A stretch of 64,000 nt of DNA from assembly GCA_016722565.1 (NCBI GenBank), contig JADKIU010000007.1:9531-73530 (forward strand). The letters run 5' to 3'. The number at the start of each line of letters is the position of its first letter. The first letter of the stretch is position 1. This DNA comes from Bacteroidota bacterium (GTDB lineage: Bacteria > Bacteroidota > Bacteroidia > 2-12-FULL-35-15). Below, one piece after another: positions 17,663 through 28,061 of this stretch. The position numbers and the translations under genes are program-made. The notes beneath the pieces are model-generated. The model had not been told where the DNA came from and did no database searches. It was given only the letters and a program-made list of their open reading frames with translations.

Positions 17663-19816
17663 GTGCGAAACATACTCCTACTTCTTCTGTTATTTTTCAC
17701 CGTTAGTCTTGCTGCACAAGAAGAGCTATCGTTCCCTAAACTAGAATTACCGAATACCAAAAGAATCGATCGCGACCCGGTAAAGCTTATTTTCAAATTA
17801 ACAGAAGGCAAGAAAAGTGACAAGGAAAAATTTGATGCCATCTTCACCTGGGTCGCGCAAAACATCCATTACGATTATGGAACATATTATTCACCAAGAG
17901 GTGCATCAGCTCCTAAACTAAAACGAATATTAAAGTATAAAACCGGTATTTGCCTCGACTATGCCTATCTGATGGACACCCTCTGCACCTTGGCCGGCAT
18001 ACGAAATGTTTCAGTGTATGGCTATGCCAAGGATGAGTTATTTGATATTGGTGATTCACTTTATGTAGATAACCATGCATGGAATGCCGTGAAACTCGAA
18101 AACTATTGGTATGTGTATGATGTAACGTGGTCGGCCGGACAATATATTCCAAAATTCACACGGTTCAGCCAGTTTATTATCAACTGGGAAAAGCGACTTT
18201 GGAAGCGAAAAAAAGTACGAACCATCACCTTTCGTCCAAAATTTAAATTAGAATGTAATCCCAAAACCGGCAAATTCAAACAAAGCTATACCACAATTCC
18301 TCGTTGGAGCATTATGCTTCTAAAAATACTTTCACATGTTAAACTAAGAGTGCATTATGTGATGGACAAAAATATAAATCAGGATTATTATCTGACCAAT
18401 CCAGAACTTTTTGCCATCACACATATCCCTGATAATCCATATTGGTCGCTATCTGGTGAATACCCAACCATTCGTTATTTCGAAACAGACAGCGCTTTCT
18501 ACCATTTGGATGATAGCACATTTGTAAATCAAGATAGACAAAGCAGGCACTGTGGTGAATGCGACAGCTACTTTGCTCTTGATCCGAAAACGAAACAAAA
18601 AGAAATGAAACATAATAGTTGGGAGTTTAATCCTCGTAATCATTTTGTTCCATGGTTGGCAAATTATAATCTCGGAAATATTTTTTATACAGAATCAATT
18701 CCCATCAACGACTCTACAACCAAGATTCAATGCATTGATTCGGCACTTAGTTATTACGACATGGCAAGGAATGATTTAAAACAATCATACAGAGATGTTG
18801 TAAAAGAAAATCAATTGCTACGAGCAAAAAATGCAACTAAATTAAAAAACTTATTAGCAGAGAACAGAATTCACATCTCTTACATCCATGCATTGCTTGC
18901 AGAAACGAATAAATCAACCAGCAAGATGAAAAAATTTATCGGGCGAACAAGAGTCACAGAGGTTGGACTAAGAGCTGATAAAAATAAACTCCATAAACTG
19001 AATGTAAAAACGATTCCCTATAAAAACAAAGACAATGTTCTTGTGATGCAAAACAAATACATTCAACTATCAGAAAAAATTGATTCTCTAAATCAATCCA
19101 TCAGTATCCTTCGTGGACAATATGATGGTATGTTGATAATACTTTCAAACAATCTCTGGCAAAAAGACAAAATTCAAGATTCACTTGCAGGTCCTTTTTA
19201 TCGAGGAATGTACAATCGACTATACTATCAGATGGATGGGCGAAAAAAAACTATTGTAGAAGACAGAAAATCTATTGAACCAATAAAACAATTGTATGCT
19301 TCCGATTTAGAAAGTACGATCTATCGTCTATCCGACAGCTGTGGTGATTTAGGCATGCAAATTTTTCGTTTCATGGGAAAACGAGATGCACTGCTGCTGG
19401 AGGCAGGAAGGCTTTTAAATGTGCTGGTGAATGAAAAAATGGTTGGCAAAGATTCGCTTAAAGATTACATTCGCTCTTACAATGACATTATTCAAGAGAA
19501 TATTTGCTGGATTACTTCCGGTTCCTCAAAACTAAAATCAGTGGTGGTTGGTTATAAAGTGATGCTATTGCACCAAAAAGAATTAAAACTGTTGATTCAA
19601 AAAGAGAACAGAGCTGAAGCAACCCGATACCGAATCGTCAACAAAGAAATTACAAGAAGAAAAATAAAATACAGCAGCATTCCTGCCAATAATCTTCGCG
19701 TTTGCTCCTTTACAAAAAGGATGGTCACTTATTACAAAAGGGATTATTTGAAAAGCTTAAAAGACAAAAGGAAAAAAGAAAAGGAAAAGAACAAGAAAAA
19801 GAAGAAAACAATATAA
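17663..19816 (+). CDS. transglutaminase-like (papain-fold) domain protein with long helical region and Lys-rich tail
   Basis: Signal peptide. Cys-His-Asp core TGICLDYAY ... DNHAWNAV ... YVYDVTW. C-terminal KDKRKKEKEKNKKKKKTI. Confidence 0.75.
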   Translation: MRNILLLLLLFFTVSLAAQEELSFPKLELPNTKRIDRDPVKLIFKLTEGKKSDKEKFDAIFTWVAQNIHYDYGTYYSPRGASAPKLKRILKYKTGICLDYAYLMDTLCTLAGIRNVSVYGYAKDELFDIGDSLYVDNHAWNAVKLENYWYVYDVTWSAGQYIPKFTRFSQFIINWEKRLWKRKKVRTITFRPKFKLECNPKTGKFKQSYTTIPRWSIMLLKILSHVKLRVHYVMDKNINQDYYLTNPELFAITHIPDNPYWSLSGEYPTIRYFETDSAFYHLDDSTFVNQDRQSRHCGECDSYFALDPKTKQKEMKHNSWEFNPRNHFVPWLANYNLGNIFYTESIPINDSTTKIQCIDSALSYYDMARNDLKQSYRDVVKENQLLRAKNATKLKNLLAENRIHISYIHALLAETNKSTSKMKKFIGRTRVTEVGLRADKNKLHKLNVKTIPYKNKDNVLVMQNKYIQLSEKIDSLNQSISILRGQYDGMLIILSNNLWQKDKIQDSLAGPFYRGMYNRLYYQMDGRKKTIVEDRKSIEPIKQLYASDLESTIYRLSDSCGDLGMQIFRFMGKRDALLLEAGRLLNVLVNEKMVGKDSLKDYIRSYNDIIQENICWITSGSSKLKSVVVGYKVMLLHQKELKLLIQKENRAEATRYRIVNKEITRRKIKYSSIPANNLRVCSFTKRMVTYYKRDYLKSLKDKRKKEKEKNKKKKKTI

Positions 19817-19879
19817 TCCATTGTCAATCCTATTTCTGCAAAGAAATATATTAATATCTTCGTATACATTTAATCAATC

Positions 19880-20638
19880 ATGAAACAAGGATTTTTTTCA
19901 GCACTTTATCAAAGCTCGGCTACCATCGACTACTTCCTTGGCAACAAAAGGAAGTTTATGAATTTGGGATACGAGGGCATTGTGTCTAAAGAAATAAAAC
20001 CGGAAGATGATAACGACCGTCACCACATTTCGCTTTACATAAAACTGATTGGCAATGCTCTTATTTCGGATGCCAAAAACAAAGCAGCTTTAGAAATTGG
20101 TTGTGGCAGAGGAGGCGGTTGCTATGTGCTGAAAAACTACTTTCATTTTACCGATATCACTGCCGTTGATTTAAGTTCCGCCAACATTCGTTTGGCAAAA
20201 CGGTTTGTTCCGGAAGGGAAATTTATCGCAGCCGATGCAATTGCCTTTCATACGGATAAAAAATTCGACCTTGTTGTGAATCTAGAATCTTCACATCGGT
20301 ATTCTTCCCGATTACTCTTTTTCAAGAATGTTGTATCCATGATGAAGGTTGACGCCAGTTTTGTATTTGGTGATATGATTCGAAAAAATGAATTAGAGGA
20401 CGTTGAAAAAATGATTTTGGAAAGCGGACTAACCATAAATACTGTTGAAACTGTCAATAAAGAAGTGGTAGCTGCGATCGAAAAACACAGTCGGAAACAA
20501 TATCCACTGGCTACAAAATTCCCTGGTTTATTTCCTAGAAGGATTCACAGCTTTTTTGTGACGGTTCATTCCAGAGCGTATAACCGTTTAAAAAATGGGG
20601 ATGTATTGTATAATTTATACGTACTTAAAAAAGCGTAA
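19880..20638 (+). CDS. class I SAM-dependent methyltransferase
   Basis: Motif I LEIGCGRGGG with downstream acidic DLS/VVNLES motifs. 252 aa. Confidence 0.75.
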   Translation: MKQGFFSALYQSSATIDYFLGNKRKFMNLGYEGIVSKEIKPEDDNDRHHISLYIKLIGNALISDAKNKAALEIGCGRGGGCYVLKNYFHFTDITAVDLSSANIRLAKRFVPEGKFIAADAIAFHTDKKFDLVVNLESSHRYSSRLLFFKNVVSMMKVDASFVFGDMIRKNELEDVEKMILESGLTINTVETVNKEVVAAIEKHSRKQYPLATKFPGLFPRRIHSFFVTVHSRAYNRLKNGDVLYNLYVLKKA

Positions 20639-20644
20639 TGTAAA

Positions 20645-21697
20645 TTACTTACAATTCTCTTTCATCAAGGTTATTACTTCATCGTCATATTCTTCGGTAT
20701 AACCTAGGTCAATTGCTTTTTTCAATTTCACACAAGCTTCTTGTTGTTTTTTCTCAGCTAAAAGCAATTGTGCAAACGTTTTATAGGCATAGGAATTTCC
20801 GCTGTACAACTCCAATGATTTTGTAATGTCTTTTCGTGCTCCCTTCAAATCATTCAATTGAATTTTCGCATATCCTCTGTTACAGTAGGCATAAGCAAAT
20901 GTTGGATTTAATTTTATCGCCTTATCAAAAAGTTCGATTGCTCCCTGGTAATCCTTCTGTTCAAACTTAACAAAGTAGGCGATGTTATTATATCCGATCC
21001 ATCTTTCAGAAGAATCAATCTCCATTCCCCGATTTATATCAACAAGCGCCTTTTCAAAATCTTTCATGTGTGCATACGAAATGCCTCGATCGTAAAACGC
21101 AGCAATATTTTGCGGGTCAATTAAAATGGTTTTACTGAATGCTTCAGCTGCCCCTGGATAATTCTTTTGTCGCTGCAATGCAGAACCTTTCATATTCCAT
21201 GCTTCAATATTCAGTGGGTTTATTTTTAAAAGCGTATCCGCATCATTCAATGCCTCCACATACATTTTTTTGGAGATTTTCGCTTTTACTTTCATTAGGA
21301 TCAAATCCTCGTACTCCGGTTTCAGAAGAAGTCCTTCGTTTGCCCACTTGATGGATTCATCATATTGTTTTGCACGCAAGTGAATGATCGTTCGGGCAAG
21401 GTATAATTCAGAAAATTCTGGTTTTAATTTGATCGCATCTGAAATATCAGAAATGGCTGCTGAAAAATTCCCCAACTCCATTTTACAAAAAGAGCGAGCT
21501 TTGTAGGCATTTGCGATGGCATAATCATTTTTTGCAGAGTTCTTATTTTTTAGTGCTGAACTAAACGCAGTAGCTGCTTCATTGAAATTGCCGCTTACAA
21601 ATTTCTCCTGACCTTGATTATAGAAATAGGAAAAATCACTTTGACTTTTCAATATTGAGCCGAAACAAATGAATAAAATCAAAAAGGTTATTCTCAT
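20645..21697 (-). CDS. secreted tetratricopeptide-repeat protein
   Basis: Signal peptide MRITFLILFICFGSILKSQ. Multiple 34-aa A..Y..A...P.....Y..G repeats. Its start overlaps the upstream stop by 4 nt. Confidence 0.8.
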   Translation of the reverse strand: MRITFLILFICFGSILKSQSDFSYFYNQGQEKFVSGNFNEAATAFSSALKNKNSAKNDYAIANAYKARSFCKMELGNFSAAISDISDAIKLKPEFSELYLARTIIHLRAKQYDESIKWANEGLLLKPEYEDLILMKVKAKISKKMYVEALNDADTLLKINPLNIEAWNMKGSALQRQKNYPGAAEAFSKTILIDPQNIAAFYDRGISYAHMKDFEKALVDINRGMEIDSSERWIGYNNIAYFVKFEQKDYQGAIELFDKAIKLNPTFAYAYCNRGYAKIQLNDLKGARKDITKSLELYSGNSYAYKTFAQLLLAEKKQQEACVKLKKAIDLGYTEEYDDEVITLMKENCK

Positions 21698-23658
21698 AGT
21701 TTTTCCAAAATTAAAACCACCTTATTAAAATCGGCAGCGGCATTGATAACCGTTCTGAATTCTTCAAACTTTTCTTTCGGATAGGTTATTGCCTGATAAT
21801 CCTCATAAACATTGATTTTCAGAACATCCCCTTCCAGCTTGTATCCAGAAACGAAACTGGAAACCACCTTACCATTTGCTGTATATTTTTTATCGATGAT
21901 GATATCATCCATATTTTTAATCTTGTACCCTTTGGGTATTTTGATTTCCAATACACGTGTAAAACTATGGGTGTAAGTAATTTCAGCATCTGCCTGACGC
22001 GCTTTATCCTGATATAACTCTTCTTGTGAACCAATCAATGCTCCAACTTTAAAAAGGTACTTATTTCCGGCACTTTCCATCAATTGGGGTGTTTCCACCA
22101 CCGATTCAATTACAAAAGGGTTAACAAGAATATCGGCTTGTTCGGCACCGGAATATTTTGATGATTTAACAATGCTTTCCGTTCCAATAAATTTGGAAAG
22201 GTTATCCATTAATTCAGCGATCTGATTTTTTTCGATATAAAAAATACTTGGCTGAATATAAAAAGCTGAATACCCCACAAATTCCTGTTTAATAGAAACC
22301 GTTGGTGTCAAGGTTTCTTCATTGAACACAACAGATTCTGTAAGATTATTATAGGATTTTGTATATACAGGTGGTTCAATAAATTTCACTTTTGAAATTC
22401 CAGCCTTAATATCTCCGACAACTGTTTCCTTAATAAACAACCCTTTGTTGTTCGTTAATTCCGGAGGAGGAAAACCAAGTCTGCTCGAATAATTAGAACA
22501 AGAAAGATACATATCAACACTAGGATAATATGTTAAGTACTCTCTTAGATTATTCCAGGAAGGAAAATTACTATCAAATTTTCTGCTTGTGCGATCTGTT
22601 GTAAGCACCAACTCGATCGGAATGTTTAATGCTTTAGCGGCTCCGATGTATAAACGTTGCAATGCTGCTTCATTTCCATATTTCAAATCCAGCATCTTAT
22701 CAACAGATACGCGCTCGGAAGCAAGACTAATATTTGTTTTCATGAATTGCTCCAACGCTCTTATCTTCAACTCATCCGTTTTCATATTCGCCAGTCCTAA
22801 CTTAGAAATGAGTTTATCAATGGCTTTGGTTTCTGATTTTTCAAAACTGAACATTCCGGAATACATATCCGTTCCGCAATATTCCCAAGAATATAATCTT
22901 GCTTTTCCTTTTGATGTATTGTATGTTAACTGATAATCAAAACGCATTTTATTGGCATCATACGTTGAATATTTTTCTTCGTTTAAAGCATTAATATAAT
23001 CAACGGAGGTGTAGATGTGATTTTTATCTTTCAAAGCCGTATCCTTTTCAAACTGAGGAAAACCATTATAGCCTTTTGCTTCGTAAATTAAATTTGAAGG
23101 AGAATAAATATCAACGGAAACATTTTTTCGGATAACTTCATCTTGTAATGTCCAGGAAGAGCTACCACTAAAAGATTTTTTATTTGTATACAAATATTCA
23201 ATCTCCCCGCCTTTATCAATTCCTTCCATTGCAAAAATGAGGAATGCACCTGCATTTTCAATATTGTCTACTTTTTTTACAGAACTTTTATTCAAAGGAA
23301 TAATTTTTCCTTCAGAGGTGATGGTGCGTCCTTTCAAATCCATTTCCTCTAATATATTTGCATAGGAAACATAAATTTTATTCATTTCTTCAATTCCTTT
23401 TTCATTATTGAAATGAACAATGGTGTGGCGTGTGGAATACTCGACTAATTGGCCGGAAGCTTCATACACCTGTTCAATCATAATTTTATCTTTCAGGATG
23501 ATGTAGTTCCCTTCTTTTTCTTTGTCAGATAACGTATGCAATTTGGGATTCGGATCCCAGGTATACTTTTTATATGCAAAATCGGTGCTGACTTGTGCAA
23601 CAGATAGCAATGTCATAAGGAGCAACAGCAATGTGATTAGTTTCGTTTTGAAAATCAT
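21694..23658 (-). CDS. DUF3857-like secreted protein (no obvious Cys-His-Asp core)
   Basis: Signal peptide. The size, position and N-terminal beta-rich region resemble the DUF3857/DUF3858 partners of Bacteroidota transglutaminase-like proteins. The family call is from memory only. Confidence 0.5.
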   Translation of the reverse strand: MIFKTKLITLLLLLMTLLSVAQVSTDFAYKKYTWDPNPKLHTLSDKEKEGNYIILKDKIMIEQVYEASGQLVEYSTRHTIVHFNNEKGIEEMNKIYVSYANILEEMDLKGRTITSEGKIIPLNKSSVKKVDNIENAGAFLIFAMEGIDKGGEIEYLYTNKKSFSGSSSWTLQDEVIRKNVSVDIYSPSNLIYEAKGYNGFPQFEKDTALKDKNHIYTSVDYINALNEEKYSTYDANKMRFDYQLTYNTSKGKARLYSWEYCGTDMYSGMFSFEKSETKAIDKLISKLGLANMKTDELKIRALEQFMKTNISLASERVSVDKMLDLKYGNEAALQRLYIGAAKALNIPIELVLTTDRTSRKFDSNFPSWNNLREYLTYYPSVDMYLSCSNYSSRLGFPPPELTNNKGLFIKETVVGDIKAGISKVKFIEPPVYTKSYNNLTESVVFNEETLTPTVSIKQEFVGYSAFYIQPSIFYIEKNQIAELMDNLSKFIGTESIVKSSKYSGAEQADILVNPFVIESVVETPQLMESAGNKYLFKVGALIGSQEELYQDKARQADAEITYTHSFTRVLEIKIPKGYKIKNMDDIIIDKKYTANGKVVSSFVSGYKLEGDVLKINVYEDYQAITYPKEKFEEFRTVINAAADFNKVVLILEKL

Positions 23659-23662
23659 GGGA

Positions 23663-25603
23663 TTATTGTTTTATAAGTGATACAGCTTGTTTGTTTGATT
23701 TAATTAACTCGGATAAGACTTTATTATACTTATCAAAATCAGCCACTTCGAGCATTAAAATATTGAAATAGATCTCATTCTTAAGAATGATTTGATTGTT
23801 TTTAAAAGTATACTCCGATGAAAATCCGGCTACATCGTTTTCATAACGTTTGTTTTCGGGTATAAATTCAGGTTTATAACCTGGAGGAACGTTTAAAATG
23901 GTCACCACTATTTTTTTAGTTTTATGTTTAATGTTCAGTGGTACTTTTCTGGATGCAGGAACTTGTTCCACTCCTAAACCTAAATCCATATTTAAATTAA
24001 TGTACAATTCATTTTGATTTTTTCGGGCATAATCCGGCACGGAAAATTTGTAGTGAATCGTAAGCGGTTTTGTTCGGTCAAACGGACTTTGATTTATATC
24101 AGAGAAGCTAACCTTATTACTTCCTTTTGCGAAGTATCCTTTAAAAAAGACCTCTTTTTCATCTACATTCAAATGTTCGGTCGCGTAGATGTATTCCAGT
24201 TGATCATAGCCGGAAAGTACTGCTTTGCCTTTACCATTCACAAAGTTATCTTTAATATCAATTGTAATCGAATCGATTGTTTGACTCACGCTTGCATCTT
24301 TGATTGGAACCGTCACAATCAAAAAACTATCTGCAGAAACTCCAATTAAAGCCTGTTTTCCTTGAATAAAAGAAGTATACAAATCTTGTGGTGCGTGTTT
24401 CCCTGTTGCATCTAAAAAATTCCAAACACCATTTTTATCCAGATAAGAAGTAATCATATGATTATCCACACTAGGTGTAGGAACATCGGTATAGGTATAT
24501 GGAATATCTCTGGAACCAATCCACGTCAAATACGATTTTACATTTGCAAATCGGAGCATTTCGTTAATAATGCTTGCCATATCCTTACAATCTCCAAATT
24601 TCCGAGTACAAACCAATCCTGCATCACGCGGAATAAATCCACCCAATCCATCTTCAAAAGCCACATACGAGATATTATCTTGTACCCAATAGAATATTTT
24701 ATTTACCTTTTCAGCTTCCGAAGTAGTATTTGCAACCAGACTATCCGTAATCTGTTTTAGTTTTAAGTCTTCTGTTTGATTGAGATTTTTTTGCAAATCG
24801 CTGTACCATTTGTACAAGTTCATCGGTTTCCCCAGAAGCTCCACATTTTTTCCGTCCACCATATAATTGGTAACATAAAAAACAAGGTGCGGCTCATAAT
24901 ATCTGAAATTGGGCGCATCGTCATAATAAATCCCGGAGCCATCCGATTGAAATGTCCATCGGTAGATGGTTTCATTCTTCTTCTCTTCTTTTGTAAAAAC
25001 AATATTTTTATTTTCACAATTAAAAAGTTTATACGCAATAGTGATGTTTTTCTGAACCGAAATAACCAATTCATTTTTTAAACAGGGAACAAAATCTAAC
25101 CAATAATGTGTACCCATAAAACGAGGTTCGACATATTTCAACTGATATGTAAGATCTAAAACGGCACCCGGTTGAACAGAAGGATATACAAAATCATAAG
25201 ATTTCTGATCATCATAAAATGAATTTCTTCCCAGATCATTATTTAAATCAATTTTCTGCACTTCTTTCTTTTCATACTTTTTGTTATTGGGAACAAATGT
25301 AAAGGCTTTGATGTCGGATGCAACAACAAAACTATTAGAGGGAATAGATTCTTTTTGAAAACTTAATCCGGATTCTTTATTTATAAAAATCTGTTCGCGC
25401 ATCGTGCATACACCTGTTAACTTGGTGTTCTCAACAAAAATCTTATACTCTTGCGATTTATTGAGATAAACAGCACTTGCATCCGGATAAAGCGTGCGCG
25501 CTTCAGCAACACCCGTAATTTGGGCGAAACAAGGAATACTACTAAAAAAGAAACTTGCCCAGAGGACAAGTTTCAAACCATTTCCCAGCCTATTTTTCAT
25601 CAA
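23663..25603 (-). CDS. DUF3857-like / transglutaminase-like domain protein
   Basis: Signal peptide. Intact transglutaminase-core triad context KFGDCKDMASI ... VDNHMITSY ... NFLDATG. Confidence 0.7.
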   Translation of the reverse strand: MMKNRLGNGLKLVLWASFFFSSIPCFAQITGVAEARTLYPDASAVYLNKSQEYKIFVENTKLTGVCTMREQIFINKESGLSFQKESIPSNSFVVASDIKAFTFVPNNKKYEKKEVQKIDLNNDLGRNSFYDDQKSYDFVYPSVQPGAVLDLTYQLKYVEPRFMGTHYWLDFVPCLKNELVISVQKNITIAYKLFNCENKNIVFTKEEKKNETIYRWTFQSDGSGIYYDDAPNFRYYEPHLVFYVTNYMVDGKNVELLGKPMNLYKWYSDLQKNLNQTEDLKLKQITDSLVANTTSEAEKVNKIFYWVQDNISYVAFEDGLGGFIPRDAGLVCTRKFGDCKDMASIINEMLRFANVKSYLTWIGSRDIPYTYTDVPTPSVDNHMITSYLDKNGVWNFLDATGKHAPQDLYTSFIQGKQALIGVSADSFLIVTVPIKDASVSQTIDSITIDIKDNFVNGKGKAVLSGYDQLEYIYATEHLNVDEKEVFFKGYFAKGSNKVSFSDINQSPFDRTKPLTIHYKFSVPDYARKNQNELYINLNMDLGLGVEQVPASRKVPLNIKHKTKKIVVTILNVPPGYKPEFIPENKRYENDVAGFSSEYTFKNNQIILKNEIYFNILMLEVADFDKYNKVLSELIKSNKQAVSLIKQ

Positions 25604-28061
25604 TCAATTCATCGTTATAATAAACATGGGTATGTGTTAATTTACCCGTTGCATCGTAATATTTAGACGTGCCATGTTGTTTTCCGCTTACAAAATATTC
25701 TTCGCTCTTCACTTTACCATTCTCATAATAGCTGGTTGCTTTTCCAATCTTTTCTCCGTTATCATAGTTTTCTTCTTCCTTTATTTTACCGGAAGGATAA
25801 TAGGCTTTTCTTGTTCCGGAAAGTTCGTCATCAACATAATTCTCTTCTTCTTGTTTGGCACCATTGCTATGGTAAACAATTCGTTTTCCAACCAATTCGC
25901 CATTTTTTAAAGAATATTCGATAGCAGGGCTTCCGGTTTTAAAGAATGTTTTTATTGTAGCGGTTTCATTCTTCACATCTATTTTAGGAACCATCACGCC
26001 ATTCTTGTCAAAATAGCTATAAGAAATCAAGATTCCATCTCTATAATCTCTGGAGATGATCAAATCACCAGTTTCAGAATAGATATTCGCTTTCCCATCA
26101 ATTTCATCGTATTTATATTCATAGTCACGCTCAATCGCTTTATTCGGATAATACAAGATTGTTTTTCCTTCTTGACTATCATAAACAAAATTCGATTCTT
26201 TTTGTAGCGTACCATCTTCGTAATAAAAAAGATGTTTCCCATGTCGATCTCCATCAATAAAACCTCTTTGGGATTGTAATTTCCCATTCGGAAAATAATA
26301 TTTTACATCCCCATTTGCTTTATTGGTGATGTAATTTTTTTCACTCAACGGTTTTCCACTTGGAAAAAACTCAACAAATGCGCCTTCGCGAAGATTGCGT
26401 TTGTATTCAACCTTTTGTTTTGTTTTACCATTTGTATGTTTTGTTTCAAGCATTCCCTCACCTAAGTTAAACACCATCTCTTTTGAAACAATTCCACTGG
26501 TATCGTAATACACTCTTTTTTTAACATACCCCAATTCGAAAAATTCTTCGTAAAAAAGTTTTCCGTTGATTGCAAAATACTGTTGCCAACCATCTAAATT
26601 TCCATCATTGTAAAAATTCAACTCCTCCAACTTTCCATTCATATAATACGTTTTCCATTCTCCAATTTCTTTATCAAGAATGTAGGCTCCTTCCATGTTC
26701 AACTTCCCATTGTTAAAATATTTTCGATAATAACCGTTTGTTTCACCTGCAGAATAATCGGTTTCTGATTTTACTTTTCCATTCGGATGATAATCGATGG
26801 CTTTGCCTTCTCGTTTTCCTTCAATATAATTTGTTTCGGAAGTGATATAACCATTGACATTGTAATTTTTCCATACACCGGTAAGATTTCCTGCCAACAC
26901 TTTCCCTTCACGCTTCTTGTTTCCATTTGGGTAGTACAAATTAGCATCATAGTTATTTCTACCATCTTTTTTGTTCTGGTAGACAACTTTTCCGTTTAAG
27001 TCGTAAGCGATGTATTCCTGAAGAATATCATTTTTGTAAACAAACTCTTCAATCAATTTCCCTGAAATATCATAATATTTGGATGTTGCTGTAAGTTTAC
27101 CATTGGAGTAGGTTTCCTCTAACTGCAATGTTCCGGTATCAAAATAATTTTTCCAAACACCATCTTTTTCACCACTTTTATTATAGTTCCCTTCAGCATC
27201 CACTTTACCATTTCGGTGATAACTTTTATACGCTCCCACCAAAACACCTTTTTCATAGTTCACCTCAATTTTTAATGTGTTTTCGGGAAAATTATAGAAG
27301 TTCTGGTATTTACCAAATCTGAAACCATCTTTAAAAGTAGATTTTTCCATAAGGTGTCCATTATTGTGATATTGTACCAACGGACCTTGATATTTTCCGG
27401 CAACAACATCAATTTCATATTTTAATTTCCCGTTTTGATAATAGTTGGATTCTTTCCCTTCTTGCACACCCATTTTATAATTTTGCACCATTTCTTTTCC
27501 ACCTGTTGTATAATAGGTGGTGCGTGAACCATCCAATTTACTTACCGAAAAGTATTTTTGTTTTTCGATACTTCCATTTGAATAATAATTTTCAACTAAA
27601 CCTTCAACCGATCCATCTTTATAATTTTCAACCGTTTTAAGCAAGCCCGAAGAATAATAAAATTTCCAAATGCCTTCACGTTGTGCATTTGCATTAAAAA
27701 CACCTGAAGCACGAAGAATACCATTTGAATAATAAAAGTCCCAACTTCCAACATTTTCTCCTTTTGCATTCTTATTTCCAACAGATTGGATTTTACTATT
27801 TTGATACCAATGACGCGCAACGGTTTGCTTTCCGCTCAACAAACATTCATAGGTAGAAATATTTTCACCAATATAATCGACCACCCAATTAGAAAATTTT
27901 TCTGTTTCGTCTTTATTTTTCTTAAGCCAAGAATTAATATCTGGATTTTCGAACTCAGCAAGAATGCCATAAGCATACGGTTCAAAATAATTATTCTTAT
28001 TCATGGCTTGAAACAACGGAGCATAAAATTCCATATAAAATCCTTTGTCGCTTTTATTCAC
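25590..28061 (-). CDS. MORN-repeat-variant (YwqK-like) repeat protein, 823 aa
   Basis: About 30 tandem copies of the G.W..YY.NG.l..e..y..G...G pattern. No recognisable N-terminal signal peptide. Its start overlaps the upstream gene's stop by 4 nt. Confidence 0.8.
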   Translation of the reverse strand: MNKSDKGFYMEFYAPLFQAMNKNNYFEPYAYGILAEFENPDINSWLKKNKDETEKFSNWVVDYIGENISTYECLLSGKQTVARHWYQNSKIQSVGNKNAKGENVGSWDFYYSNGILRASGVFNANAQREGIWKFYYSSGLLKTVENYKDGSVEGLVENYYSNGSIEKQKYFSVSKLDGSRTTYYTTGGKEMVQNYKMGVQEGKESNYYQNGKLKYEIDVVAGKYQGPLVQYHNNGHLMEKSTFKDGFRFGKYQNFYNFPENTLKIEVNYEKGVLVGAYKSYHRNGKVDAEGNYNKSGEKDGVWKNYFDTGTLQLEETYSNGKLTATSKYYDISGKLIEEFVYKNDILQEYIAYDLNGKVVYQNKKDGRNNYDANLYYPNGNKKREGKVLAGNLTGVWKNYNVNGYITSETNYIEGKREGKAIDYHPNGKVKSETDYSAGETNGYYRKYFNNGKLNMEGAYILDKEIGEWKTYYMNGKLEELNFYNDGNLDGWQQYFAINGKLFYEEFFELGYVKKRVYYDTSGIVSKEMVFNLGEGMLETKHTNGKTKQKVEYKRNLREGAFVEFFPSGKPLSEKNYITNKANGDVKYYFPNGKLQSQRGFIDGDRHGKHLFYYEDGTLQKESNFVYDSQEGKTILYYPNKAIERDYEYKYDEIDGKANIYSETGDLIISRDYRDGILISYSYFDKNGVMVPKIDVKNETATIKTFFKTGSPAIEYSLKNGELVGKRIVYHSNGAKQEEENYVDDELSGTRKAYYPSGKIKEEENYDNGEKIGKATSYYENGKVKSEEYFVSGKQHGTSKYYDATGKLTHTHVYYNDELIDEK

